From Mobula hypostoma (taxonomy: Eukaryota), in contig NC_086097.1 in assembly GCF_963921235.1 (NCBI RefSeq), positions 217,560,001 through 217,624,000 of the forward strand: DNA of 64,000 nucleotides, read 5' to 3'. A program made the translations under genes and the position numbers. How positions within the stretch are numbered: position 1 is the stretch's first letter; each line of letters starts with the position of its first letter. The notes under the pieces were generated by a model, which ran no database searches, was not told the origin of the DNA, and worked only from the letters and a program-made list of their open reading frames with translations. This document shows positions 12,690 through 24,789 of the stretch, in pieces.

Positions 12690-13178
12690 ATACTCAGTGG
12701 CCATTTTATTGTGTACACCAGCACACCTCCAGTGAGTGGCAGTTCTGGGGGTAAAAACGCCTTGTTAATGAGAGGGGTCAGAGAAGAATGGCCAGACTGG
12801 TTCAAGCTGATAGGAAGATGCTGGTAACTCAAAACAACTACTCATTACAACAGTGGTCTGCAGAAGAGCATCTCTGAATGCACAACACATTGAGTCTGAA
12901 GTGGATGGGCCACAGCAGCAGAAGACCACACCAGGTTCTCCACCTGTCAGCTAAGAACAGGAAACTGAGGCTACAGTGGGTGTAGGCTCACCAAAACTGG
13001 ACAGCTGAAGATTGGAAAAATATTGACTGGTCTGATGAATCTCGATTTCTGCTGTGGCATGTAGGTGACAGGGTCATAATTTGGCATAAACTATCCTGCC
13101 TTGTGTCAATGGTTTAGGCTGGTGGTGGTTGTGCAATGGTGTGGGGGGTGTTTTCTTGGCACTCATTAGGCCCCTTAG
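12690..13178 (+). mobile_element. Tc1/mariner DNA transposon remnant (left end and internally deleted transposase)
   Basis: Starts TACTCAGTGGCCATTTTATT (TIR-like); fragments RGQRRMARLVQADRK, KNRKLRLQW, NWTAEDWKNIDWSDESRF, MVWGVFSWHSLGPL. Confidence 0.85.
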
Positions 13179-13329
13179 AGGCTTTGAACTCGACACAGTC
13201 CAAGGTATCAGGCAGAATACCCCCGAAAGCTGGTATAACTTTAAAGAAGCCACCAAACACATGTAGATTTTGGTACTATTTGTGGTTTGTCTATTATTAT
13301 TATTATTATTATATTTCGTCATCTATGCA

Positions 13330-13880
13330 TGGAGCCAAAAGAGATGGGGAAATCAGAAGTGGATTTTTTCCATCTGTATTTACTCGTGAGATGGACACTG
13401 TGACCATAGAATTGAGACAAAACAGTAGTGAGGTCATGGACCACCATATCCAGATTACAGAAAGAGGAAATGCTTGCTGTATTGAGATAAAGTTGGGTGG
13501 ATAGTCCAAAGGACCTGTCAAGATGTCTCATTGGACCTTGTGGGTGGCTAGTGCAGAAATTGCAGTGGCCCTGGCAGAGGTATTTAAAATGTCCTTAACA
13601 ACAGGTGAGGTGCCGGAAGACTGGATGTTAGCTAATGTTGTTCCGTAGTTCACTAAAGGCTATGAATAAGACAGGAAATTATAGGCTGGGTGAGCATAAT
13701 GTCAGTAGTGGGTGAATTTTTGGAAGGTATCCTTGGGGTCAGGATATGTAAATACTTAGATAAGGCCTGACTAGAGATAGTCAACATGGCTTTGTGCATG
13801 GTAAGTTGTGTATAACCAATCTTAAAGTCTTTTGAGAGGGATATCAGGACAATTGAAGGAAAGGCAGTAGATGTTAAGGA
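13330..13880 (+). mobile_element. Old CR1 fragment (host of the younger CR1; resumes at ~18120-18530)
   Basis: Degenerate FPSVFTRE, TGEVPEDWMLANVVP, SQHGFVHG motifs. Confidence 0.7.
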
Positions 13881-13902
13881 AAATTGAAGGAAAGGCAGTA
13901 GA

Positions 13903-16900
13903 GGTTATTCCTTCGGCAGTTTGAACAGGGCACGACTGCGCAAGTGCGTGGAGGTCGGCCGGGGAGAACAGCAGGAAGAGTTTAAAAGTGAGCAGAGTTG
14001 AGAAGGTGACGGTTATTTCTTCGGCAGTTTGAACGGGGCTCAACTGCGCAAGCACGTGGCGGTCGGCCAGTGAGAACAGCGGAAAGAATTTAAAAGGAAG
14101 GCAGATTTACAGAGTGGGAGACAGAGTAGGAAGGCTTTGGCTCAATGGAGCTTAGGTGATAAGGAGTCGAGGTCAGGTAGGTAATCTGTTTAAAATGAAG
14201 ACAGAGAGTATGTGTGTGAGGCTGGTTTTCTGTGCTCCGTGTCAAATGTGGGAAGTCCTAGAGACTCCCGGCCTCCCGGACAACCACATCTGCACCAGGT
14301 GCGTCGAGCTGCAGCTCCTTAGAGACTGAGTTAGGGAACTAGAGCTGCAGCTCGATGACCTTCGTCTGCTCAGGGAGAGTGAGGAGGTGATTGAGAGGAG
14401 CTTTGGGAAGATAGTCACCCTGGGACCACAGGAGACAGAGAAGTGGATAACAGTCAGGAGAGGGAAGGGCAAGAAGCAGGTACTAGAGAGTACCCCAGTG
14501 GCTGTCCCCCTTAACAATAAGTATTCCTGCTTGAGTACTGTTGGGGGGTATGGCCTACCTGGGGGAAGCAACAGTGGTCGCACCTCTGGCACAGAGTCTG
14601 GCCCTATGGCTCAGATTGGTAGGGAAAGGAAGAGGATGGCAGCAATGATAGGGGATTCTATAGTTAGGGGGTCAGACAGGCAATTCTATGGACGCAGGAA
14701 AGAAATACATACAGGGTAGTTTGCCTCCCAGGTGCCAGGGTCCGGGATGTTTCTGATCATGTCCGTGACATCTTGACGTGGGAAGGAGAACAGCCAGAGG
14801 TCATGGTACACATTGGTACCAATGACATTGGCAGGAAAAGGGAGGAGGTCCTGAAAAAAAGACTACAGGAGTTAGGAAAGAAGTTGAAAAGCTAGACCTC
14901 AAAGGTAGTAATCTCGGGACAGTGAGTATGGGAATAGAATGAGGTGGAGGATAAATGAGTGGCTGAGGGATTGGAGCAGGGGGCAGGGTTTCAGATTTCT
15001 GGATCATTGGGACCTCTTGTGGGGCAGGTGTGACCTGTACAAAAAGGACGGATTGCACTTGAATCCCAGTGGAACCAATATCCTGGCAGGAAGGTTTGCT
15101 AAGGCTATTGGGGAGAGTTTAAACGAGAATTGCTGGGGGGTGGGAACCGAACTGAAGTGGCAGAGGAAAGGGAGGTTGGCTCACAAATAGAGAAAGTTTG
15201 GAGACAGTGAGAAAGGGAGAACAGGCAGGTAATAGAGAAGAGATGCACTCAGTCAGATGGTTTGAGATGTGCCTATTTTAATGCAAGGAGTATTGTGAAC
15301 AAAGCGGATGAGCTCAGAGTGTAGATCAGTACTTGGAGCTATGATGTTGTGGCCATTACAGAGACTTGGATGGTGTAGGGGCAGGAATGGCTACTTCAAG
15401 TGCCAGGCTTTAGATGTTTCAGAAAGGATAGGGAGGGAGGCAAAAGAGGTGGGGGCGTGGCACTGTTGATCAGAGTTAGTGTCACGGCTGCAGAAAAGGT
15501 GGACCTCATGGAGGGATTGTCTACGGAGTCTGGTGGAAGTTTGGAATAGGAAGGGGTCAATAACTCTACAGGGTGGTTTTTCATAGACTGCCCAATAGTA
15601 ACAGGGATATCGAGGAGCAGATAGGGAAACAGATCCTGGAAAGGTGTAATAATAACAGAGTTGTCGTGATGGGAGATTTTAATTTCTCAAATATCGATTG
15701 GCATCTCCCTAGAGCAAGGGGTTTAGATGGGATGGAGTTTGTTAGGTGTGTTCAGGAAGGTTTCTTGACACAATATGTAGATAAGCCTACAAGAGGAGAG
15801 GCTGTACTTGATTTGGTATTGGGAAATGAATCTGATCAGGTGTCAGATCTCTCAGTGGGAGAGCATTTTGAAGATAGCGATCATAATTCTATCTCCTTTA
15901 CAATAGCATTGGAGAGAGATAGGAACAGACAAGTTAGAAAAGCATTTAATTGGAGTAAGGGGAATTATGAGGCTATCAGGCTGGAAATTGGAAGCTTAAA
16001 TTGGGAACAGATGTTCTCAGGGAAAAGTACGGAAGAAATGTGGCAAATGTTCAGGGGATATTTGTGTGGAGTTCTGCATAGGTATGTTCCAATGAGACGG
16101 AAGTTATGGTAGGGTACAGGAACCGTGGTGTACAAAGGCTGTAATAAATCTCATCAAAGAAGAAAAGAAAAGCTTACAAAAGGTTCAGAGAGCTAAGTAA
16201 TGTTAGAGATCAAGAAGATTATAAGGATAACAGGAAGGAACTTAAGAAGGAAATTAGGAGAGCCAGAAGGGGCCATGAGAAGGCCTTGGCGGGCAGGATT
16301 AAGGAAAACCCCAAGGCATTCTACAAGTATGTGAAGAGCAAGAGGATAAGAGGTGAAAGAATAGGACCTATCAAATGTGACAGTGGGAAAGTGTGTATGA
16401 AACTGGAGGAAATAGCAGAGGTACTTAATGAACACTTTACCTCAGTATTTACTATGGAAAAGGATCTTGGTGATTGCAGTGATGACATGCAGTAGACTGA
16501 AAAGCTTGAGCATGTAGATATTAAGAAAGAATGTGCTGAAGCTTTTGGAAAGTTGGATAAGTCACTGGGACTGGATGAGATGTACCCCAGGCGACTGTTT
16601 GAGACGAGGGAGGAGATTGCTGAGCTTCTGGCGGTGATCGTTGCATCGTCAATGGGGATGGGAGAGGTTCTGGAGGATTGGAGGGTTGCGGATGTTGTTC
16701 CTTTATTCAAGAAAGGGAGTAGAGATAGCCCAAGAAATTAGAGACCAATGAGTCATATTTCAGTGGTTAGTAAATTGATGGAGAAGATCCTGAGAGGCAG
16801 GATTTATGAACATTTGGAGAGGTATAATATGATTAGGAATAGTCAGCGTGGCTTTATCAAGGGCAGGTCATGCCTTACGAGCCTGATTGAATTTTTTGAG

Positions 16901-18110
16901 GATGTGACTAAACACATTGATGAAGGAAGAGCAGTGGATGTAGTGTATATAGATTTCAGCAAGGCATTTAATAAGGTACTCCATGCAAGGCTTATTGAGA
17001 AAGTAAGGAGGCATGGGATCCAAGGGGACATTGCTTTGTGGATCCAGAACTGGCTTGCCCACAGAAGGCAAAGAGTGGTTGTAGAGGGGTCATTTTCCGC
17101 GTGGAGGTCAGTGACCAGTGGTGTGCCTCAGGGATCTGTTCTGGGACCCTTACTCTTTGTGATTTTTATAAGTGACCTGGTTGAGGAAGTGGAGGGATGG
17201 GTTGGAAAATTTGATGACACCAAGGTTGGAGGTGTTGTGGATAGTGTGGAGGGCTGTCAAAGGTTACAGCGGGACATTGATAAGATGCAAAACTGCGCTG
17301 AAAAGTGTCAGATGGAGTTCAACCCAGATAAGTGTGAAGTGGTTCGTTTTGGTAGGTCAAATATGACTGCAGAATATAGTATTAATGGTAAGATTCTTGG
17401 CAGTGTGGAGGATCAGAGGGATCTTGGGGTCCGAGTCCATAGGACGCTCAAAGTAGCTGCGCAGGTTGACTCTGTGGTTAAGAAGGCATACGGTGTATTG
17501 GCCTTCATCAATCGTGGAATTGAACTTAGGAGCCGAGAAGTAATGTTGCAGCTATATAGGACCCTGGTCAGACCTCACTTGGAGTACTGTACTTAATTCT
17601 GGTCGCATCACTACAGGAAGGACGTGGAAACTGTCGAAAGGCTGCAGAGGAGATTTACAAGGATGTTGCCTGGATTGGGGAGCATGCCTTATGAAAGCAG
17701 GTTGAGTGAACTCGGCCTTTTCTCCTTGGAGCGACGGAGGATGAGAGGTGACCTGATAGAGATGTACAAGGTAATGAGAGGCATTGATTGTGTGGATAGT
17801 CAGAGGCTTTTTCCCAGGGCTGAAATGGTTGCCACAAGAGGACACAGGTTTTAAGGTGCTGGGGAGTGGGTACAGATGAGATGTCGGGGTAAGTTTTTTA
17901 CGCAGAGAGTGGTGAGTGCATGGAATGGGCTGCCGGCAACGGTGGTGGAGGCAGATACGATAGGGTCTTTTAAGAGACTTTTGGATAAGTACATGGAGCT
18001 CAGAAAAATAGAGGGCTATAGGTAAACCTAGTAATTTCTAAGGTAGGGATATGTTCGGCACAGCTTTGTGGGCCAAAGGGCCTGTATTGTGCTGTAGGTT
18101 TTCTATGTTT
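13903..18110 (+). mobile_element. Near full-length CR1 LINE (5' UTR, ORF1 ZnF/esterase, ORF2 APE-RT, 3' tail), with stops and frameshifts
   Basis: ORF1 CAPCQMWEV...HICTRCVELQLL and IGDSIVRG (SGNH esterase); ORF2 [44 protein letters not shown]; tail GGGCCTGTATTGTGCTGTAGGTTTTCTATGTTT. Confidence 0.95.
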
Positions 18111-18989
18111 TATATAGATAAAACTTGCAAGAGTGTTGCAGATCTGAGGAACTGAGTCATAGGGAGAAGTTTGAATAAGTTAGGGCTCCCCCCCTCCCCA
18201 CCCACACACAGAGTATAGGAGAATATAGAAAGAATAAATGTGGCAGGCTCTTTTCATTGAGGTTGGGTGTGACTGGAACAAGAGGTCGCAGGTTAAGGGT
18301 GAAAAGTGAAATATGTAAGGGGAACCTGACAAGGAACAACTTTACTGATGGTAGTGAGAGAGTGGAACAAGTTGCCAGTGGATGTGGGTTCAATTGCAAC
18401 ATTTAAGAGAAGTTTGGATAAGTACATGGATGGGAAGAGTATAATCTGGGTGTCAGTCAATGGCACTAAGCAGAGTAATAGTTTGGCATGAACTAGATGG
18501 GTTGAATGGCCTGTTTGGGCTGTAGTGTTACAAAGTCATAGAACACAAAGGATGTAAGTGTGCTTTTCTAATGAAGAATAGTAAAGTTACCTGTGCTGTT
18601 GTGACCAATAATCATCGCTCAGTAAAGCACAGATTGTTTGGTTCAGAGTACATTGAGTACTGCCAGCTTCTACAAAACTATATTAATGTCTGATTTCTGT
18701 CAATCCTAAGGGTACTTAATGCCAGACTCAATCTGGTGATACACAGTAACTAGAAATTCATCTTTTCAACTTCTACTTCCTTTTCTCACGGTATACTTTA
18801 TGACTATGCAGCCAGATTTCACAGCCATGGCCATAGCCATGCTTCCTTCTGGAATATTCTGTTCTCTCAGCATTTTAGCCACCACCATAAACTAGGTGAC
18901 AAGAGTTTTCTGGTGTTGCCAAGTTCATAACATTGTATCCCACACATGCAGGCATTATGTTCAAACAATGAAAGGCATATTTGCACACG

Positions 18990-19860
18990 AGACACGCTAT
19001 TCTGCAGATGTTCAATCCCGAGCAATATACACAAAATGCTAGAGGAACTTAGCAGGTCAGGCAGCATCTATGGAGCAGAATAAACAGTCATCCTGAAAAG
19101 TTTGCACATGACTGCAGGAAACTGCAGAGAGTTTTGTGGACATAGCCTCCCCTTCATCGATTAGCGCGCTGAAATAAAATTATTTTGTTGAAGCCAAGAC
19201 TATTCTACGATGGGTATCCAGATCGATTTTTGAGCTGAAGAATGCTCCACAACCCAGCCACAGAACTTCATCCTTGCTACTAATTATGCAGCAAACGGCC
19301 GCAGAAAAGGAAGCAGTGAAAGATTCCCCCCTCTCCCCCTCACACTCTTCTGCGGATGCTGGACATCGTGAAGAACACACCATAAAGTGCTGGAGGAACT
19401 CTGCAAATCAGGGTACCCAGACGGAATATTACATCATAAACACGAGTCCTGAAGAAGGGTCGTGGCCCGAAACGTCGTTTGTTTATTGATTTCCATAAAT
19501 GCTGCCTGATCTGCTAAGTTCCTCCAGCATTTTGGGTCTGTGTTGCTGCGGAATATGAGGAGTTGCTCCTCCAACCTGAGCGTGGCCTCCACGTGGCAGT
19601 AGAGGAGGCCACGGACCGACATATGGAAATGGGAAACCGAATTGAAATATGTGGCCTTTTGTGGCGAACGGAGCGAAGCTGCTCGACAAAGCGAACCCCC
19701 AATCTGCATCGGCTCTAACGGTGTATCTGAGGCCGCACCGGATACCGTAGATGACCGCCGACAAACTCACAGGTGAATTGTCGCCTCACCTGGAAGGACT
19801 GTTTTCGGCCCTGAATGGTATTGAGGGAGGAGGTGTCGCACTTGTTCCGCTTGCAAGGAT
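18990..19860. mobile_element. Cluster of PLE fragments: pLTR SINEs on both strands and a minus-strand GIY-YIG region (19546-19860)
   Basis: GCTGGAGGAACTCAGC-type motifs, CTGAAGA...GAAACGTCG at ~19449-19477, and homology to 1030-1330. Confidence 0.75.
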
Positions 19861-20101
19861 GTAAAATAGACTTACATAAATACCCATTCACATATGAATG
19901 AAGCTATAGTAAATTACCAATGATGCCGAACACTGCTCTGCTGTGAGATCCAGGTTATGCGTGATCTACAGCTGACAGCCGCGTAGCCGCCTCTGATTTT
20001 GATGGCAAAGTAGTGAAGTGTGTTAAATGTTGCGCATTGTGTTTGAGCAATAAGGTTGAATAGCTTGCATGCAGCTGTGGAGCAGACGAATGTTAGACTA
20101 G

Positions 20102-20236
20102 TCACAAACAAGAGAAAATCTGCAATGCTGGAAATCCAAGCAACACACACAAAATGCTGAAGGAACTCAGCAGCTGTACTCTTTTCCATAGAGGCTGCCT
20201 GGCCTGCTGAGTTCCTTCAGCATTTTGTGTGTGTTG
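20102..20236. repeat. Foldback PLE-pLTR dimer with a 33-bp perfect inverted repeat
   Basis: 20141-20173 is the reverse complement of 20204-20236; flanked by GAATGTTAGACTAG / GAATGTTGGACCAG (12/14 match, TSD-like). Confidence 0.8.
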
Positions 20237-20939
20237 AATGTTGGACCAGACCAGAGTCCCGAACCGATCAATGAAGATTGTTGATAAGCAAATACCTTTT
20301 CAAGGAGTGGAGAAATAACGTTATCTTATTTCATTTCTATGGGTTCTTTGTATGGAGGAATAATTTATATTGCCTCAGGTTAGCAAGCAGTAGGCAGTGG
20401 GTTAAAATGTTGGTTATGATAGATTGCCTCTAGAAATTTTCGGAAATTATCATGCCCAATAATGATTAGACACTGGTCAGTGAGACCTCATAACGGGTCT
20501 GGATTGGATTGTGCTTGGGCCGTGTCCTCCCTCCGAAACTGTGGCCAAATGCTGCCCCCTTAGTTCCTCAATTTCACAATGGCAACTGTTAATAAAGCAG
20601 AAATTAATGTTGTTAACAAAATACTTTTATTACTCGTGTACAATTTTCTACAATGGACACCTCTGCTCTCGCAAACCCTTCAGACCTCAACTCCGCCTAA
20701 GGAACCCAGTCTGAACTCTAGACCCCCTGGCTGCATTCCCTGCTTGCATTCTGGATGCTGGTTCACATTCGGACTAACGAATGAGCCTGTTGCCCCATCG
20801 CTGTTGAATTATTGAAGGTGTCGATCAGCCTGCTGAATGTCTGCATTTTATTGACCTTCAAAAACTTTGCACCGTCAACCTTAATAGTTGCAGTGGTTTA
20901 GTGAATTGTATGACAGCTCCTGCCGAAACATGTGGGGTA

Positions 20940-21081
20940 CCTGGAGTCTCTCACGCGTCCCCACGAGTTGATGCTTTGGCTGCAATTAACTGCACGGGGC
21001 GCTGCGCCTGCGCGTCAGTGTCTGGCTTTGGGCGGCTCATGGGAGGAGCGAAGCCTGGTGTTTGACAACCCAGTGCAGGAG
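20940..21081 (+). promoter_or_regulatory. MCMDC2: Putative MCMDC2 CpG-rich promoter and non-coding first exon
   Basis: CpG-dense; TGCGCCTGCGCG (NRF1-like, 21003-21014), GGGCGG, TAACTG (MYB-type, 20987-20992); donor-like GAG|GTAAAG at 21082 and acceptor CCCTTCTCTAG at 21157, just before the ATG. Confidence 0.55.
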
Positions 21082-21158
21082 GTAAAGGCCCGGCCTTGCC
21101 AGCGTGAAACAGCGCCGAGTGGAGCGAAGGATCCAGCGAGACCTGGCCCTTCTCTAGG

Positions 21159-21258
21159 ATGGCACCTGAGGATCTGGCTCTCAAGGAAGTGGCCCTAGTT
21201 TACTTGGACAGGACTGGAGGGCTGGACAAATTTATCAGTGACTGCAGGCGGTATAATG
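21159..21258 (+). CDS. MCMDC2: MCMDC2 first coding exon
   Basis: MAPEDLALKEVALVYLDRTGGLDKFISDCRRYN+G|gtaata; resembles the MCMDC2 N-terminus (KEAALIYLDRSGGLQKFIDDC). Confidence 0.93.
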
Positions 21259-21439
21259 GTAATATTTTTGAAGGAAAAAGTACCTGTAAAGACAAAAAAA
21301 ACACTCAATTAATGAACTACCCTATGTGCAAATCCTATAAACTGAGACTACACAACTCCCACCGACACCACACATTGGATGGTTGTAGGCTCCAGCCATA
21401 CTGAATGTTTTTCTTCACCTCCTGAGTGAACTTGGTCTA

Positions 21440-22330
21440 ACATGGAGCACATCCCTCCCCACCATCTATATTAGGGGCTGCCTCAATAAGGCAACATTTG
21501 TCATAGAACATGGAAATCTACAGCACATTACAGGCCCTTCAGCCCACAAATGTGTGCTGACCATGTAACCTACTCTAGAACCTGTCTAGAATTACCCTAC
21601 TGCATAACCTATTTTTCTAAGCTCCATGTACCTATCTAAGAATCTTAAAAGACCCTATTGTATCCGCCTCCACTACCACCGCCGGCAGTGCATTCCATGC
21701 AACCACCATTTTCTGTGTGAAAAACTAACCCCTGACATCCCCTCTGTACCTCTTTCCAAGCACCTTAAAACTATGCCCCCCACATGTTAGCCATTTCAGC
21801 CCTGGGAAAAAGCCTCTGGCTATCCACACAATTAATGCCTCTCATCATCTTATACACCTCTATCAAGTCACCTCTCATCCTCCATCACTCTAAGGAGTAA
21901 AGGCCAAATTCATTCAACCTATTCTCATAAGGATTATCCAATCCAGGCAATATCCTTGTAAACTCCTTTGTACTCTTTCTATAGTATCCACATCCTTCCT
22001 GTAGTGAGGTGACCAGATCTGAACACATCATCAAAGATCCCCACTACCTTCTCGCAGTTGTCTTCGCATAGGAAGTACAGAACCATGAAATCCCACACTA
22101 ACAGGTTCAAGGATAGCTACTTCCCTTCAGCCATTCACTTGAATCAATCTGCACAATCTTGATCACTACTTCAGTATAACAACATCATGACCACTTTGCA
22201 ATATAATGGACTTTTTTGTTCTAATTGTGCTCTTTCTTTAAAAATTGAGTATAATATATGTTATGTTTTTATGTGAACACTGATGATCACCTGTGCTATA
22301 TATACTTTTACAAAGTCCAATAAATCTGAC
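21440..22330. mobile_element. Rex1/Babar 3' end (+) interrupted by a CR1 3' end (-, ~21503-22027)
   Basis: Rex-type ...ATCATCAAAGATCCCCAC...AGGTTCAAGGATAGCTACTTCCC; CR1 tail CATAGAACATGGAAATCTACAGCAC on the minus strand. Confidence 0.75.
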
Positions 22331-23897
22331 TTGGAGTTACATTCCCATCCCCTTCCACATCACACTGGCCTAATGATTTTCTGTATCTGATTAACCCAAG
22401 GAGATACATACAGGGCATGTGCAATATTTGGTGTTTGGCCAACTCTTTACACAAGCAATGAGAAAGATGTTATTGTGAGATGTCCCTTTACAAAGTTAAA
22501 AAGAGCGTGAACCATGTAAGCCTTTATCCCATGTATTGTAAGCTAAATGTTTTGTTATATGTATGCTGCCCAACAATTCCAACCTGTTTCTCAGTGAGTT
22601 ATCTTGAAAGGAAAGCAGGCAGTTGGATGATTGTCATGCCACAACCCCACATGACTGCCCCTTATCCTCTATGGCCTTTCCCTAAGGTAGAGAGAATTGT
22701 TCGGGTTTAATGAACTCATTCCCCAGTATTTGAGCACCGTTCCTGCTTTAGGTAACCTGCCCAGCTAAGAAAGAACACAGCAGTAAGGAAAATCAGACAC
22801 AAGGAGTGAAGGCTCCCTTCCTTAGTTCCAGTCATCTTAAGAGAAATTTCTAGTTAGAATAGTTTTTCTACCTGCCAGGTTTGTGCAACATACTGTCATT
22901 TTCTGTTTTGAGGGGAGCAATTTAAAATAGAATTAAACCACTAAAATATTTTTATTAATTTGCCTGGCTGGCGAAGATCAGCCTGATAATTACAATGTCA
23001 GACTAGAATGTATTGCACTTTGCCTTCTTGAAATTAGGAGAAGCAAGAAGGTGCACCAGTGAGATTATAATATGAATCAAGAATTTTAATCTTTGCAACT
23101 CTGGATCACTATTTATGTAAGTACATCTTGGATAATAAAATCTACATTCAGTTTTCATAAAACTCTCTGTGGTATTCATTTATCTCCTGCTGTTCTTCAT
23201 CCAGACATCCCTTTGCCAACTACTTTCAGCAGGCATCACAGCCATTCAGTCTTTAAATTTTTAAAGTTCTCCAACCTTTCCCTTTTATTCTCTTTCCACC
23301 TCTGTCCTCTCATTGTAACTTTGTTACTGTTTTTTTTTTGCTTCCACAAATGCTCCCTGATATTTAGAGTATGTTCAACATTTTCTGGTAAAAAGGTTGT
23401 GGGGGTCTATTTATAGGAGAATCTGGTGATACGAATATGAGATTACCTGATTTGTCTTGAACTGGTTTGTGGCTTCCCCAATGCCATAAAGGACAGACTA
23501 CCTCTTGACTAATTCTCATCCATTTCCCAAACCTCTGCTCACTCCATATCTTGAAAAAAAAACGAGTTCTCATGGTACTCTACTTCCTCCCCAACAGTCT
23601 GCAGGATTTCTGCTAACTCCAACAAGATTCTATCACTATACATGTGTCCCCTACCCCTTTCAGCATTCCTAAATCCATTCTTCCACCCCTACCAGCCACT
23701 CCCTATGTAATGACACTTTTGTGAGTTTGCATGGGAGCATATCAGAGAAATTCAGAAAGGGGAGAGGAACAGATGGTAGAATCTTGTTGGAGCTGGCAGT
23801 ATTTTAGCAGTTACTAACCTTGATTAGTATGCATTTGACAGCCTTCTCACAGGATCAGAATTACAAATATTTGGTTTATTCTGTGCTTACTTTACAG

Positions 23898-24028
23898 ATT
23901 CCAAACAGTGTCATGCTGTCTATCGCTTCATTATTTATGTGAATCCATCTGATCTAGCAGAGTTGGATGCAAGACTTGGTAACTGTGTTGTTCATCAGCC
24001 AATAAGAGCAACATGTTTGTTTCAGTCT
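23898..24028 (+). CDS. MCMDC2: MCMDC2 coding exon 2
   Basis: ttacag|(D)SKQCHAVYRFIIYVNPSDLAELDARLGNCVVHQPIRATCLFQS|gtgagt; 131 nt, phase 1 to 0. Confidence 0.95.
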
Positions 24029-24174
24029 GTGAGTAAGAAGAGAAGTCCTGAATGATGCTAGTGGTGACAAACTGTGATTTTTAAAATATTTTCAATTCCA
24101 GTTTTCATAATTCATATAGTTTAACCGAAGTCTTGCAGTGTTCAGAGGTTAATCAATTTAAGAATATTTTTCAG

Positions 24175-24234
24175 GTGTGCTTTACATCTATCAAGACGTT
24201 GTCATTAATTCCACAACTAGAAACTGAAAGCCAG
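24175..24234 (+). CDS. MCMDC2: MCMDC2 coding exon 3
   Basis: tttcag|VCFTSIKTLSLIPQLETESQ|gtaaat; 60 nt. Confidence 0.95.
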
Positions 24235-24789
24235 GTAAATAGGTGTATCAAGTTCCAATTAAATTTTATCAAGTTGACTGAGTTTTCTGTACCATAAGGC
24301 TTCTTTGCATATAAGATACAACAGCAAGCTGACTTATCAAAAAAGTCACATGCCATTTCTTTGCCCATATCTGCAAATGACATACATTATATCCTGTTGT
24401 ATTCTTTAACAATTTTCAATGCTGTCCACAACACCACCAATCTTCATATCATCTGCAAACTTACTAACCCACCCATCTACATTTTCATCCAGGTTATTTA
24501 TATATCACAACTGGCAGAGGTCCCAGTATAGATCCTTGCAGAACACTGCTAATCACAGACCTCCCTTCAACCATTACCCTCAGTCATCTATGAACAAGCC
24601 AGTTCTGAATCCAAACGGCTAATTCACCACGTATCCAATGCATCTTAATATTCTGGATGAGCCTTCCACGAAGAACTTTGTCAAGCACCTTACAAAAATC
24701 CATGCAGACAATATCCACTGCTCTACCTTCATCAATCATGCTTGTCACCACTCAAAAAGCTCAGTTAAATTAGTAAGACACAACTTGAA

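Noticed and set aside
13292..13312. (TAT)n run and other microsatellites such as (CA)n at ~32988-33005
   Set aside because: Ordinary simple repeats.
20932..21198. 88-aa ORF over the MCMDC2 promoter
   Set aside because: Non-ATG start, GC-rich chance ORF, out of frame with MCMDC2, no recognisable domain.
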